IMG/VR virus record: IMGVR_UViG_3300002143_000137
Direction: 5' to 3' (one strand)
From: a virus
Length of the DNA stretch: 56,131 bases
A program made the translations under genes and the position numbers. Below, one piece after another: positions 1-12,400 of the stretch (position 1 is its first letter; every line of letters begins with the position of its first letter). A model generated the notes under the pieces. That model ran no database searches and was not told the origin of the DNA. It saw nothing but the letters and a program-made list of their open reading frames with translations.

Positions 1-166
1 ACCGCTAGGTACATAAGCATCATCGACGGCTCGGTCGAGAGCCCGGTGAGCCCTAACCAGATCAAGCGGCATAAAGAGCGGATCATATAGGTCAGCCAAC
101 GTCGATTCATGGTGGACTGATCTAGTGTCGATGACTGCTTGAGCCGCTTTTTCAATTGCAGCTCTA
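1..166. repeat. Terminal overlap copy 1 (identical to 55966-56131)
   Basis: Base-for-base identity read directly. It lies inside a coding frame. Confidence 0.95.
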
Positions 167-2649
167 TGCTGGTCGGTGGCATCAATAGGCCAGGGATAGT
201 TGTTGTAAACAATTCCTGTGGAATATCGGTACCTACTCTCCAGTCTCCCGCCAACAATTCGCACCCAAGCCATATGCATCGTGCTCGTTAGCACACCGAA
301 GTCGAATGAAGTTGCGTTCGGCACGATATAAGCTTGATTTGATGCAATTACATCTGGTGGTAGATAAGCCATCGGAATGAAGTTGCGGCGCTCTGATGAT
401 GCAGTGGGGATCGCAACGTACTGGGTTGTTGGTTGCCGTATCTCAGCAAAAAGAGCCGGCGTGACGGCTAGTTTCTTTGTAGCGGCGCGATTACTCGACT
501 CTCTCCATAGCCGGACCGCCTCAACTCGTCTCTTGATTGCAGGTAGTTTGTTGATTTTTTGGGGGGGAACGCCAGAAAGCCAGAGGCAATATCGATTGAT
601 TGAATAGAGCAGCTCATTTCCTCCCACGAACGGCTTCAGAAATTCCTGTGCCTCAGGGCACTCGGCAAGAATCTCAGTACGAGTGCCCTCGTCTATAGTG
701 TAATTTCCATCGTCGAGTGCAAAACTTCCGTAATTCATAGCTGCGGCAGATGGCGATAACGGCTTTGTTCGTTTAGGAATGACGATGTTAGGTCCGTCAA
801 TTAGATACGGATTAATAGACTTAGCGGAAACTCGATGCGGTTCTCCTGCTACGTCATCATAATCAAAGATCACTGGCGCAGATGATGGAAACCGCGCGAA
901 TCCAATAATTATGCAATGGACTGCGGCGACACCTTTAGCCTCGTTACGCCACCTAAAGGTGCGGTGCGCAAAATGGATTTTTACGCCTTCTCCGATCATC
1001 CAGCCCCAAAGGGGAGCTACTTGCTCGCCTTGGCATATAGAGTTTGTGGAAACGAAAGCACAGCGAGTATGTTGCGTAGAGTATCTCACTGCCTTGATAT
1101 ACCACGCAGCCACGAAATCTAATACGGGTGCTCCTATAACCCCTTGTGTGGCTTCAAAGAAGGATGCTTTCTGCTCAGGCTTCTGCTCTTTTTTTCCAAG
1201 AAACGGTGGATTCCCAAACACGTAGGTGAGCTTCTCGGCCGGCACGACAGATCCCCAGTCCAATCTTAAAGCATCGCCATGCACAACATTAGCTGACTTT
1301 ACTAAGGGAATTCGGACGAGCGCCTGACCAAAAGCCTTACCTACCAGCAGATTCATTTGGTGATCAATCAACCACATAGCGACGCGAGTGATCTGGGCTG
1401 GCCACTCTTCGATTTCAATACCGTGAAACTGATCCACATCGACTTTTACATACTGGTCAACAGCATCCATTGAGAGCTGTTGCTGCCCCTTGCTGTAGAG
1501 GCGTTTAATCACTTCTAGCTCTAGTAAGCGTATCTCTCGGTAGCTGATAACGAGAAAGTTTCCGCAGCCGCAAGCAGGGTCAAAGAAGTTTAGCGACCCT
1601 AATTTTTGATGGAACTCCTGCAGCTTCTTCGGCTGCGTCTTAACTTTTTCAAATTCGTCACGCAGCTCATCCATGAATAATGGGCCAATGACTTTTAAGA
1701 TGTTTTTCTCACTGGTGTAATGCGCCCCAAGATTACGGCGCGCCTTTTCGTCCATAATGCCCTGGAAAAGCGAGCCAAAAATAGCTGGGCTAATCGCACC
1801 CCAGTCGAGTTCGCAACAATCTAGTAGTGTTTCGCGCATTGCGCGGTCAAAACTGGCCTGTGGCAAAAACTCTTCAAATAGCTTGCCGTTTACATATGGG
1901 AATGCGGCAATCTGCTCATCAAGGTTTTTAAGACGCTTTTCGGGTGCCGTGTTGAGTGTTTGAAAAATCTGATTGAGACGTGGAGCAAGATCTGAGCCAT
2001 CTTCGGCTGTACGAACCCGAATAAAGTCTTCAAAGGCGCTACGAGGCATAAAAATGCCGGTATCATCAGCAAACATACAAAATAAAATGCGGACAAGATA
2101 GACCTCAAGCTCATGCCCTTCATAGCCTATATCCTTAAGTGCATCGTGAAGCTGCGCCAATTTCTCTGCAGCCTTTGTATTTACCGGGTCTTGCTCCTTG
2201 TATTGCCGAGTTTCATAACCGGCAATAAAGCTAAAATGGGATAGCCTTTGGGGTAACTCACTCAATGGGAATTCGTAATTTTCGTCAGTATCAAGGTTGC
2301 GAATTCTGAATCGAGCAAAATCTGAAACTATGATGTATCGAGGTAGCTCTTTATCACTCAAGCCTGGGAAGTAGTCCGTCGCTTGGTCGTAGGCCGAGTC
2401 CAAATTCTTTCCTCTGGACTTGTGCTCAGCCAGCAACATTCCCGGCCAAAAAAGGTCGATAAAACCATCTTTACCGTTAGCTTTTTTAATGTGCTTTTCA
2501 AATGCAGCGAGTCGACGCCTACTTACTCCAAAAACATTAAAAAACTCATCCCAGAAAGTTTTGGCTTCTGCGTGCTCGGAGGATTCATTTTCCCACTCGC
2601 GCACAAAGGCAACAGAGCGATCTCTGATTTCATTCCATGAAAGTGGCAT
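1..2649 (-). CDS. MmeI-family Type IIL restriction-modification enzyme, codons 1-883 (ORF leaves the left edge and is completed by 55846-55965)
   Basis: My own reverse translation from the ATG at 2649 stays open to base 1: MPLSWNEIRDRSVAFVREWENE... Motifs: D-x9-ExK nuclease (GFIDLFWPGMLLAEHKSRG), SAM motif I (FFDPACGCGNFL), motif IV (FGNPPFLG). Absent from the ORF track because it has no in-window stop. Confidence 0.85.
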   Translation of the reverse strand, partial: MPLSWNEIRDRSVAFVREWENESSEHAEAKTFWDEFFNVFGVSRRRLAAFEKHIKKANGKDGFIDLFWPGMLLAEHKSRGKNLDSAYDQATDYFPGLSDKELPRYIIVSDFARFRIRNLDTDENYEFPLSELPQRLSHFSFIAGYETRQYKEQDPVNTKAAEKLAQLHDALKDIGYEGHELEVYLVRILFCMFADDTGIFMPRSAFEDFIRVRTAEDGSDLAPRLNQIFQTLNTAPEKRLKNLDEQIAAFPYVNGKLFEEFLPQASFDRAMRETLLDCCELDWGAISPAIFGSLFQGIMDEKARRNLGAHYTSEKNILKVIGPLFMDELRDEFEKVKTQPKKLQEFHQKLGSLNFFDPACGCGNFLVISYREIRLLELEVIKRLYSKGQQQLSMDAVDQYVKVDVDQFHGIEIEEWPAQITRVAMWLIDHQMNLLVGKAFGQALVRIPLVKSANVVHGDALRLDWGSVVPAEKLTYVFGNPPFLGKKEQKPEQKASFFEATQGVIGAPVLDFVAAWYIKAVRYSTQHTRCAFVSTNSICQGEQVAPLWGWMIGEGVKIHFAHRTFRWRNEAKGVAAVHCIIIGFARFPSSAPVIFDYDDVAGEPHRVSAKSINPYLIDGPNIVIPKRTKPLSPSAAAMNYGSFALDDGNYTIDEGTRTEILAECPEAQEFLKPFVGGNELLYSINRYCLWLSGVPPQKINKLPAIKRRVEAVRLWRESSNRAATKKLAVTPALFAEIRQPTTQYVAIPTASSERRNFIPMAYLPPDVIASNQAYIVPNATSFDFGVLTSTMHMAWVRIVGGRLESRYRYSTGIVYNNYPWPIDATDQHRAAIEKAAQAVIDTRSVHHESTLADLYDPLFMPLDLVRAHRALDRAVDDAYVPSG

Positions 2650-2778
2650 TTAGCTTTTACTCTAATTATTAATAAAATTACCGTTAGCGTAATCTGTCTA
2701 CTGCGCATTTGAATGTACTCACTCCCACAACAATGAGCGGAAAATCCCATTCTGCGCGCACTTCAAAAATCAGTGATT

Positions 2779-2821
2779 TTAACCCACCACTTACCCACAC
2801 TTTATCCACAGAAGACCCACA
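2779..2821 (+). promoter_or_regulatory. Four 11-bp-phased DnaA-box-like repeats, including a perfect TTATCCACA
   Basis: CCCAC at 2783, CCCAC at 2794, TCCAC at 2805, CCCAC at 2816. TTATCCACA at 2802-2810 and TTACCCACA at 2791-2799. Confidence 0.45.
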
Positions 2822-3234
2822 ACATCTTGTGCTTGCGAAATCATGCAAATCTTATCAAGCTACAGAAGTGCTCTTAAATAAAGAGCCAATTAGAGGAAAA
2901 TGCTTAGCGGATAAATTTAAACAGATGGCCCCTTACTCGAAGGGGCACAGGTTCTTGGGGCTCGCCGCAAAACTAGGCCCAAGGTGTCACAACCGAATCT
3001 TAGCTAATCAAAATACAGTTGGCTAGTATAGATTCAAATTAAAAGGAATTGCCCTGTGATTACATTAATCATAGTACAGGTGATCGTAGACTGCATGGCG
3101 CAATTAATTGCTGCTTTACTACCATGCGTGTGTGAAAGCCTTGCTTGGACTTGCTTAATCTTTATCTAACCGCAAGGATGAAGCCTTAGTGCTAAATTTG
3201 CGCAAAGGCTTCAGCTTACTTTTGAGTGATCATT

Positions 3235-3450
3235 ATGAGCTTACTGCTTGTAATCTTGGCTACTATCGCATCCATCGCCGCCCTCGGTGTCCATGGCCTT
3301 TGGGTCTTTTTAATTGGCTTAGGCTTATTGTCAGCCATAGAAAAAAAACACCCAGGGACGAACTTTGTCGAGGGTGCCGTTTCGATCATTGGCATTTTGA
3401 TTGTCGTAATGATGGCGGCGGAGATCCTTCTCCGCACCCTTCAAGGTTAA
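3235..3450 (+). CDS. Small hydrophobic membrane protein (71 aa, 2-3 predicted TM segments)
   Basis: MSLLLVILATIASIAALGVHGLWVFLIGLGLLSAIEKK...IIGILIVVMMAAEILL. No competing gene on the other strand. Stop overlaps the stop of the giant gene (TTAA). A hairpin at 3180-3212 lies upstream. Confidence 0.5.
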   Translation: MSLLLVILATIASIAALGVHGLWVFLIGLGLLSAIEKKHPGTNFVEGAVSIIGILIVVMMAAEILLRTLQG

Positions 3451-6400
3451 GCGCTAACCCTGTCGACCGCCCGCTTCTGGATCTCATTCATTATTTGCTG
3501 AATTTTGTTTAGCCGCTCGCGCTTCTGCTCTGAAGTTAGCTGTGAATCACGGTAAACGGCATCTTGTTGCTTTCGCAGCATAGACAGTCGCATGTTCGCC
3601 CCGACCAGCATTTTCCGCGCTTTCAGCTCAGTGCCATAGTCTTCGATAATTTCCGCCCGCCGCTCAGCGTCCGTGTTTGGGTCGCGAATGGTGCTGTATG
3701 CCTGGTTCGCTCGGCTCACTAAACGGTAGAAATCGTCAGAATACTTCGTGCCTACCGGGTCATCGCCACGAGCAAACCAACCAATTACAGGGTAATCACG
3801 CCGATTCATGGCCGGCGTTGTATTGCCCGACAGCATGTGGACCACAGCATCAGTGGCCGACAACAGCGATATACCCATTGAGCCGGTATAGCCTTTGATG
3901 ATGTGATCTATCCGCTTGGGGGATGCCATATCACCGGTTACCCCCAGGTCTTCGAGCATCGCGCCCATCCCCGTGGCTAGCGCAGAGGTATAGAGCGACT
4001 TCCGACTTCCAGGGAGATTGCCAAGATCAGATTGGTTGTCGATACTCCGGCCCCGGAAAAAATCATAGTTGAATGCCGCCTCTGTAATCGGCATTACCGC
4101 TTGCGGCATTGGGTTCATGCTTAGCGTTTCCAGCATATTCGAGCCAACCGACTTGAAAAACACGCGAGCGTCATCATCGCCATTAGCTAGCCGCGCAGCC
4201 CGCTCAGGGATGGTTGAGAACATAAGCCCCAGCTCGAACGGTTTTGGTATGCGTAAATGCTCGCCGTCTAGGAATATGTGCCAGTTGGCATCCTTGTCCC
4301 AGTCGCGTAATGCCTGGTAATCCTCGTCATCCTCATTAATCGCATAGAGCGCCAAGGTCGCTGCAGCTACCAACGCCCCTTTAAACGCCACCATTTGCGT
4401 TAATTCAGCCATATTTTTCTGATTGCCAACCACTCGGCCCAGCTTGTACAAGCCTTGGATACGCGCATTCATAAATGGCACTGTCTGGATAAGGAAGTGC
4501 ATAATCCCGGCGCGGCCATGTAGCGAGAAGTCCATGAGGTCTTTTGCTCGGTAAGCTGCATCAAAGTAACTATGGCCGGAGTCGAGGGCATCGCGGAACA
4601 TTTTTTGCCGCGCCATGTTTTCAAAGCGCTCGCCCTTCTCCCGGTACCACTCCCAGCTTTGCTTACTGCCATCAAACAGCGATGACATATAGCCATCCAC
4701 CGACTCTGTGCTCATGCCCTTCTTCCGCAATTGCTCGCGCAGTGCTTGAGCATTGCTTGTGGCATCATTGCTGTAGCGGTAGCCACCCATAAACGCAGAG
4801 CCCGCCATCATCATATCAATGGTGTCGTCGTCGATCTTGAGTGCATCGCGGAATTGTCCAAGCGCCTTGCTGGCTTGCCATTTCACGTCCTCGCTCTGCA
4901 TCCAGCTCGCGGTAATGTCTCGTATGGCGTTACGCAGCATAAATGTTGGCGTTGCGGTAACCCCGGCCGTGAGTAGCTGCTTTGGTATGCCCAAGAGGCG
5001 GGTGATCGCCGTAGACTGCATATCGTTCATGGCAGTCAGCGCGCCCAGCACACCAATATCATGCACCCGGTAATACTCGTTTTGGCCATCGCGGCGAACC
5101 CGAATCACGTTATTGCCCGAGCGGTTCCCCTCATGCGCAACCGATAGCACTGAGTTTTCCGAGCCGGTATCGACCTCATTAACAATGCGGAGCAGCGCGT
5201 TATTCTTAACGCTGGCGTCAATGGCGCGCGTGACATTCATCAGCATGTTTTTCAGCGGATCTTGTAGATTTGACGTGCCGCCCTTCAGCTTCTCAATGCC
5301 GTCTTTCTGGTGCGACAGTCCGCGCTTAGTGAATGACGCGACCACATCGACTTCGCCCGTCTCGTCGGTCACTTCGCGGTAAAACGGTATGTAGTAGGCA
5401 TCCTGCTTGAAGTGGTCGGCGCTTGCCTGAGTAATCAGATTACCGCCCGCCATTAGGTCCAACATGGCGCCGTTGTAAGCCTTCCATTCATCCGCCACCG
5501 ATTGATAGAGCGCCGCTGTTTCCGGGCTCACATCCAGCAGTGTCGCGATTTCTTGCTCGGTCAGTAGGTTTTCCCGGTCGCTGGCCATTAAGCCCTCGGC
5601 CCGCTTTGCGACCATCCAGCTAACCCAGCCGTTAACGTCACCTTCTATCGGCTTGAGTACATCCAGCAAACCCTTGCTGCCGCGCTTCGCTTTAAGAATG
5701 CCATCCTCGTGCCACTCCGGTGTCGCATGGCCCAGTGCTGCGGCTAATGCTGCCCCGGTGTTGGTGCTCATGCGCGCCCGCATGTAGGCCTCGGCGTTGA
5801 TCTTTTTCAGGTCGTAGAATTTATCGGCCACCGAGGGTATAAAGCCGTCCATGACTTCGCGCCACCAATCCTTCATGGAGTCTTTCGCCCTGGCGATTGG
5901 TGAGCGATTGTCTTGAGCCATGCCCAGCTTTGCGGCCATTATGGCTTCGCGGTCTGAGACTGGCTCGGCGATGCGAGAGTAGAGAATATTTGAGCTGCCG
6001 TCCTCTGCCGAATCAAACGCTGCATTGACCGAGCGTATGTTGGCGGGGTTAATTACTATAACTTGATCGACATCTCCAGTTTCCTCGTCTACTAAAACGG
6101 CAGAGTCATAGCCTTGCGCCTCAATCTCAAGCATATCCAGTCCACGATTAACAAACGACTCCCATTCTGGCGAGCCGTAAGACGCCGTGACCGTATATGA
6201 ATTTTCTAGTTTTGCGAACACGGGGTATATTGCGCCCGCAGCCCCAGAATCACCAAAAAGCTCGTTAGTGAAGCCCTCAGCGTATGTGGGGTCGGGTGTT
6301 AGGTATATGCCATCAGGGCTATGCTGCCGCGAGAACTCTTTAATATCTACGCCCGGACGGGTGCCGTGATATAAAACCGTATCGGTATCAAAGCCCATCG

Positions 6401-9400
6401 CCTTAGCCCGCCGCATTCTCGCATCCTTGGACATATCCAAGCCCTTAGCGTTAGCGGCATCCCACGCTAGTGAGCCTTTGCCGTTATCTTGGCCTAATTC
6501 ACGGCTGAACAAGTGCTGCTCACCTCGATCCCGGTTGTACTTATTGACAATATCATCTTTTGTAAGTATATTTTTTGGCAAGTCTTGACGCCGTTTAGGG
6601 GATTGTTCCCGTCCAGGCGCGGCTTTTGAAGCCCTGATTTCGATCAGGGCTTCTTCATTTCTGACATACAGCAAGCCCCCTCTTGAAATATCGCCCCACA
6701 AACGCTCCACTCCGCTAGAATTTTCGCCGTGGTGTTTCGGGGTAATCGTTTTTATCTCCCCTTCATTAATGCCAACCAGTATAGGCTCGCCCTCAGCAGT
6801 ACGAACCTCGATAACAACATTAACCTCCCCTTCCCCCTTTCCGGCACCTCGGGTATAAACGGCCTGCGGGTCAGCAAGCAATAGGGGCAAGTCTTCCAAA
6901 ACACTATAAGGCAAATCGCTGTGCTTATTCTGAATTGCCATGATACGTCGCTTGGTGATTTCTATCTTGCTGATTACTTTTAGCTCTCGAAGTATTAGCG
7001 GGGCTTTAACCGACAACACAAAATCCTGTTTATCAGCATTACGCATCAAGGATAATTTCTTACTCCACTGCGCCATCACTTTGTCGGCTTCGCTCGCTGC
7101 CTCACGATTGAAAACAGCATCGTCGAGATCGACACGACGGCGAGCCCGCTGCCCCTCTGCAAACGCATCTCCAATGCGGTACACCAAGTCTTTACCTTGA
7201 CGATGCGCCGACACATCGACATTAAAGCCAGCCCGTTTAAGTAAGCGCTGCAATGCCAAAACAATGCGATTCCACACTTTATCGGTAAAGGTAAGCTTCT
7301 CTTGGGCAATGCGCGCTAGGATTTCTTCGGCTTTTAGTTGGTCAGATCGGCCAGATTCTACGCGCTCAACTTCGTCCAAGACCGACGCAAGCTCGGGTGA
7401 ATCTTTGGCCGCATTACGTAGACTTGTAAGAAACTCGGCAGCGTGAACAGGATCAATAAAACCAATGCCTTTATGCACCAAGACCTCATGCTGCAAGGTT
7501 TCTTCGAGGTCGGCGAGGGAATCAAGTGCTTCGGTATAGACAAATAAGGTATCGGTTTTGGGGTCGTACCCTCCTTTGGTTCTGAATGGTGCTGGCGTTC
7601 CGTGCGCTTCTTCATGGGTGCGAAATACCTTTACGGTTACATCGTTGGCACCCTTATATTGCTTGAGGAATTTATTTATCGCAATCTTGGCCGCGCCCAG
7701 GCCTACACCTTTCGGCGTTGCGGCCCTCTTTAGCTCGGATGTGCGGCTGTAAAATATCCCCTCTTCTTTGTTCAGGCTGCCGCCTACCGCTGCATTCGAT
7801 TTACCACCGATAAACACATCCAGCACTCTCATGCCGATATTGTTTAGCGCCCTGGATGCGTTGATTGCCGCGTCAACTTCGTCGGCATCGATATTCAGGA
7901 TGGCGGTTTTGGCGCTGGCGTTATTCAGGGTTTCAAGAAGGCGCCGGTAACCGTCACCACGCAAGTCGGATAACTCTTCTGTCGTCATCGGCACAAACGC
8001 TGCTGGTGCATTTTGGGTATTCAGAAACAGGACGCCGCTCGGTAAATCCTTAACCGCCACGCGCGCAGTATCAGCTGATGTAATAGATGTTTGCTTGCTG
8101 CGGGCAAGGATTTTCGATTCAGTTACCGGCACCGTGCGCTTGCGCAGTAGCGGCTTAACCTTAATCGGGTTCCCGGTAGTGAGATCGTCAAAGAAGTAAG
8201 CGCCCGCGCCTTCACCCAGAATTACATGGCCCATCGTATCGATGCCGGATGGCTCCAGGGTACCGACGATTTTATCGGTAATCATGCGGTCAGCGTCGGA
8301 GGGCTTAGTCATTCCACTAGGGTGATTGTGGCCCAGGTAGATTTTGGCCGCGCCTGGAGTGGCCGCAACTGCGCCAGCTAACTCCTCAGGGTTAACGCTC
8401 GCGCTATCCATTGCGCCCTTGGTGTGACGAATAACCGATAGTGGCCGGTCGTCTTTATCCAAGACCAGGACAAGCATGTTTTCCTGGGCGTTTTTACGGA
8501 ATGATGAAAGGACGTGTGCCGCGTCCTGGGGAGATTTAACAAACTCGACGCCGGTTTTTACCGTGTCTACTTCTCGGAGTGCGGCTTTGGAATAAAACTC
8601 TGTGGCGGCAACTGATTTTTTGGCGAGCTGATTGAATAAGTCGCCCTGGGCTGGCTGCTGGTCAGCGGCCGGCTCGGTAATACGATTTGCACCACGTTGC
8701 CCGCGGCGTATGTCTTGGGTTTCTCGCTCATTGCTTGAGTATAGCGCTGATCCCGTATTTTCGGAAATAATCCCTTCGTCATTAACTTCAATGGTGTCAA
8801 TCAAGCCATCAAATGCCTTATTGATCGCCGCGCGCTCATCCCCTTGCGGGAACCATTTTGTAGCTGCCTCTCCATAAATGCCGTCTTCAGCGCCCAGATT
8901 CTTCCATGCCGCCGTAAGGTAGTCATTCCGCTTTTCATCCAGCCTTAACTTATCAAGCACATAGGTTTCAAATGCCCGCGCAAACATTTCGAGCCGCGTC
9001 GACCAATAGGGGTCTTTCTTCTTTCCGTCCATATCCCTTGCGTTGCGCCGGTACTCTGTCATGCCGCTTTGCTGGGGTTTGTGAGTTTCGGCAAACTTCT
9101 CAGCATCGACCGCGTACTCAATCATGCCCGCCGCGGTATCGGCATGAGTAAATTGATCCGCCGCAATCGCTCGCCCATATACCTCACTAGCAATCTCTCT
9201 GGCGGCGTTGATATTCTTGCCGACGAGCTGCTTAGTTTTGCCGAGGGCTACATAGTCGCCGCGATCACCCGCGCGCAGCTTATCAACAATGGCATTTAGC
9301 TTGTTTTGCTGGGCCTCGGTTGCGTTAGTCATCCATCGCTGCCAAGAGGCGACAATCCTATCAAGCGATTCCCGGCTGCTCGCCAGCGACGAAAGCCTGG

Positions 9401-12400
9401 CGGCCTCCATATCCTCGGCAGTCCTAATGACCTCAATCTTTTCCATGGCGCCAAGGATGGCTTTATAGGCCGCAACAATCTCTGGCCTGGCGTTGCTGCC
9501 CTTTAAGAGCCAATCCCTGTCTGCATGCTCACTAAGGAATGGCCCCTCCTGCCGAGCTAGGCCCGCAATTACACCGAAATGATGATCGACCGCATGGCCA
9601 AACTCATGGGCCAAGCTTCCTGCGCCCGCCGTTTTTGTAATATTGATTTCATTTAAACCGGGGACAAAGTGCGCCGCCGCGTGGCTGCCATGACCTTGAG
9701 CGCCAAAGGCAACGCCGAGCATTCCACCAAGCGACATTGACTCCGGTGGTACGCCCATCACCTCCGCCAAATCCAGGAAGGCATCATAAGCGGCGTTAGT
9801 GTGCTGCTGCCGGTCTGCTGCATTCATCCAGTTGCCAAAATTCACCCCCCGGAAACCAAACGTAGTCCGAAGCTGGTCGGCCGTTACATCGCTTTCTCTT
9901 CGCGCCTCACCAATTCGCTCGACGTGATCCATTGAAACGCTTGGCTCCTTGAAAGATGCCTCTCGTTCAACCTTCGCCAAGTCTCTCGCCGCCTGAATCG
10001 CCGCCTCCTGCGTGTCGTGCTCGCTTAATACGCTACGGAAGCGCTTTTTACTCACCCCCCATTTATCACCCTTTTGGGTGACCGTATATTGTTTCTCCCA
10101 CGCTTCACGCTTAGCGGGCCATCCCTCGGATATTTCCTTAACCGCTTTACGCAAATCAGCAGAGCCAATATCGGCGCGCTTTATAAACCTGTTGCCGCCA
10201 ATGGCGAGGATATTGCGATTACCCTCCGGGTTTTTCTTACCCCAGCGAGCGCCGTTATCGTTTTCAGGAAAGGCCGCCTCGTATATTTTGTGAGTTATCG
10301 CTTTTAATGAGTCTGCTACCGACTTGCTGGCTCGCTGCTGTGCCAGATAGTCAGACCCGGCAGACTGTATTACTTGCAAAGACTCGAGAATTTTTTGCGC
10401 ATATTCCCGCGACCCAGCGTAATCCATGACCACGTCGCGCACTTTGCTGGTTGTTTCAACGAATGCCCGGACACCCTCCTCGCTTTTGCTGTCGGGCTTC
10501 ACTGCCATAGAGTCATAAATGTGCTTCAAGGTGTACGCGGCCAGTGGGTTCATGCCATCATTAATCAGCGCCTCATAATCCGGCTTTGGCCAAATTTTCG
10601 CCTTTACGGCCATCTTCACTTGTTCGGCGTCATTCATTCCCTCGAAGTCACGCATTGTTAGGCCGGTTGATCTGCGACGATTAGCTCCCAGCTCCTCGCC
10701 ACTATCGGCTAATTTCTTTTGAGGCTCAGTCTTGGTTTCTTGATTGCCGGCGCTGGATTTTTCAGTTGATCGACTGGAGCCCTTGCTGCTCTTGGCTTTC
10801 AGCTCTTGATCGGCTTTTGATCCTTTCGCGCCCCGGTCAACATCAGCGCTCGGAAACTCCTTAACCTGCTCCAGCAGCTCAGTGATGGGCGCATCTAAAC
10901 GAATTACCCGCACTTCCTCGTTGTTGTCGCGCTTGGCCATCCATTGGTGGTGACCATCAAGCACATGGCCGTCGCCGGAAACGAGGATAGCGCGGTCGCC
11001 GCCAGTGAAGTCCTTGGCTTTGGCCACCTTAGCTTCGGAAAACTCTTTTTGTGTTGGCTTGAGCGAGCTGGCTGCCACCGTCTCTTCGGTACCGGCAATG
11101 CCGCGCGCCTTGAGGAAGTTTGCCAGGGCGCCGCGGTGCTCAGCCTTAACTTGCGGCATCTCGTCGCGAGGAATATTCAGGGTACCGGAGTCGGTAGAGA
11201 ATGCCGTCCACTCCTTGTCGATCTTGGCGCCGCGAATGTCTCGACCGCGCGCCAACTTCTGTATGTTGCGCAAGGCAACAATATTTGAGTTGTGATCGCC
11301 TCGGTACTGCTTGGCTAGCGCATTATATTCGTCGATTTCATCGGCGGATCGTATAAGCGCGTTCTCAAGCGCTTTTTTGGCGGAAAGCGGCTTAAATGTG
11401 TCGCTCGTTAAGCTTTTTGCCGCAGGCCCGTCAAACAAAGAGTTTTGGCCCCGAGAGTTGGCAATATCAGCCGGCGCGCTGGAGCCAGACAAAGTGAAGT
11501 CGTTAAGCTCTTTGTCGGCGTCGAGTTTTGCGGATATTGCGGCTTCTGCGGATTTTGCGGAGGCTTCGGCGTCAGCTTTCGCTTTCGCCTGGTCGACTAG
11601 CTCTTGCTCGGTGTACTGGTTGAGGCTGAAGTTGTCTTGGTTCCCAGTTTGCCCAAGGCCTTCAGCGCTCCCTTCGCCTCGGTTGGCAGGCTCTCCGTTG
11701 GCGTTCCGTTCATTAGCTCCGTCATTAGCGACTGCCCCGCCTTTGTTCCCAGCACCTTGCGCGTTAAATTGCTGCTCATTGTTAAATGCCTCTTCAGTTA
11801 AGGTAGCGGGCGATCTTTTTTCAACCGCGCCAAACATATCTTCTGCTGGTTTTACGGACTCATTGTATAGCGCGTCAGCTAGTGCTGTCAGCTTGTCGCC
11901 AATCGCTTTCGCTGACCGAATATTTTCAGAGAACATTTGCAGTATAGGCCATGTTTCCGGGGCCACTGTCATATCGGATTGCTGAATAAATTCTTGAAGG
12001 CTTCGGCCTTGCCGGCGCGCATTCACCGCTATGGCTGCCGCCTCAGACACAATCGCCCTTACGTCATAGTTACCCTGGCCCTTGAGGCGAGAAAGCGGCC
12101 CCGCTGCTGCCAATAAGCCAGACATAACCGTGCGCGCTTCGGGGTCGGTTGCTTGTGCCTGCAATCGAATCAGCTCGTCGTTATCAAAAGACGCAGCAAA
12201 TATTGCGTTTTCCATGCGCTCATAGGCGCGCTTGGACGGCAATTTTCCGTCACGCAGGCCGCCTCGCTCCGACTCCGGCATAGCGTTTATAAACTGTTCT
12301 GCCGCTTCTTGCGTTAGCTGCCCATCAGGGCCAATGATCGCGGTACCGGCCACATTGATCCGCCGCGCATCGTTACGCGCCTGCTCTACAGGGGATAGTT

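Noticed and set aside
1-166. The 166-bp direct repeat at both window ends could be attL/attR, an LTR or a transposon end.
   Set aside because: It lies inside one continuous reading frame that is completed across the junction. The real att core (a tRNA-Asn fragment) is internal and single-copy. A circular overlap or terminal redundancy explains it better.
2709-3026. 105-aa plus-strand ORF in the large intergenic region.
   Set aside because: It has no SD, an unusual Ser/Thr/His/Lys composition, and spans the DnaA-box array. It is more likely non-coding regulatory DNA.
11311-11985. 224-aa plus-strand ORF, and many other plus-strand ORFs between 3.6 and 14.7 kb.
   Set aside because: They are antisense to the giant CDS, which has multiple enzyme motifs in frame. 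Their products are Ser/Ala/Leu/Arg-rich low-complexity strings typical of shadow ORFs.
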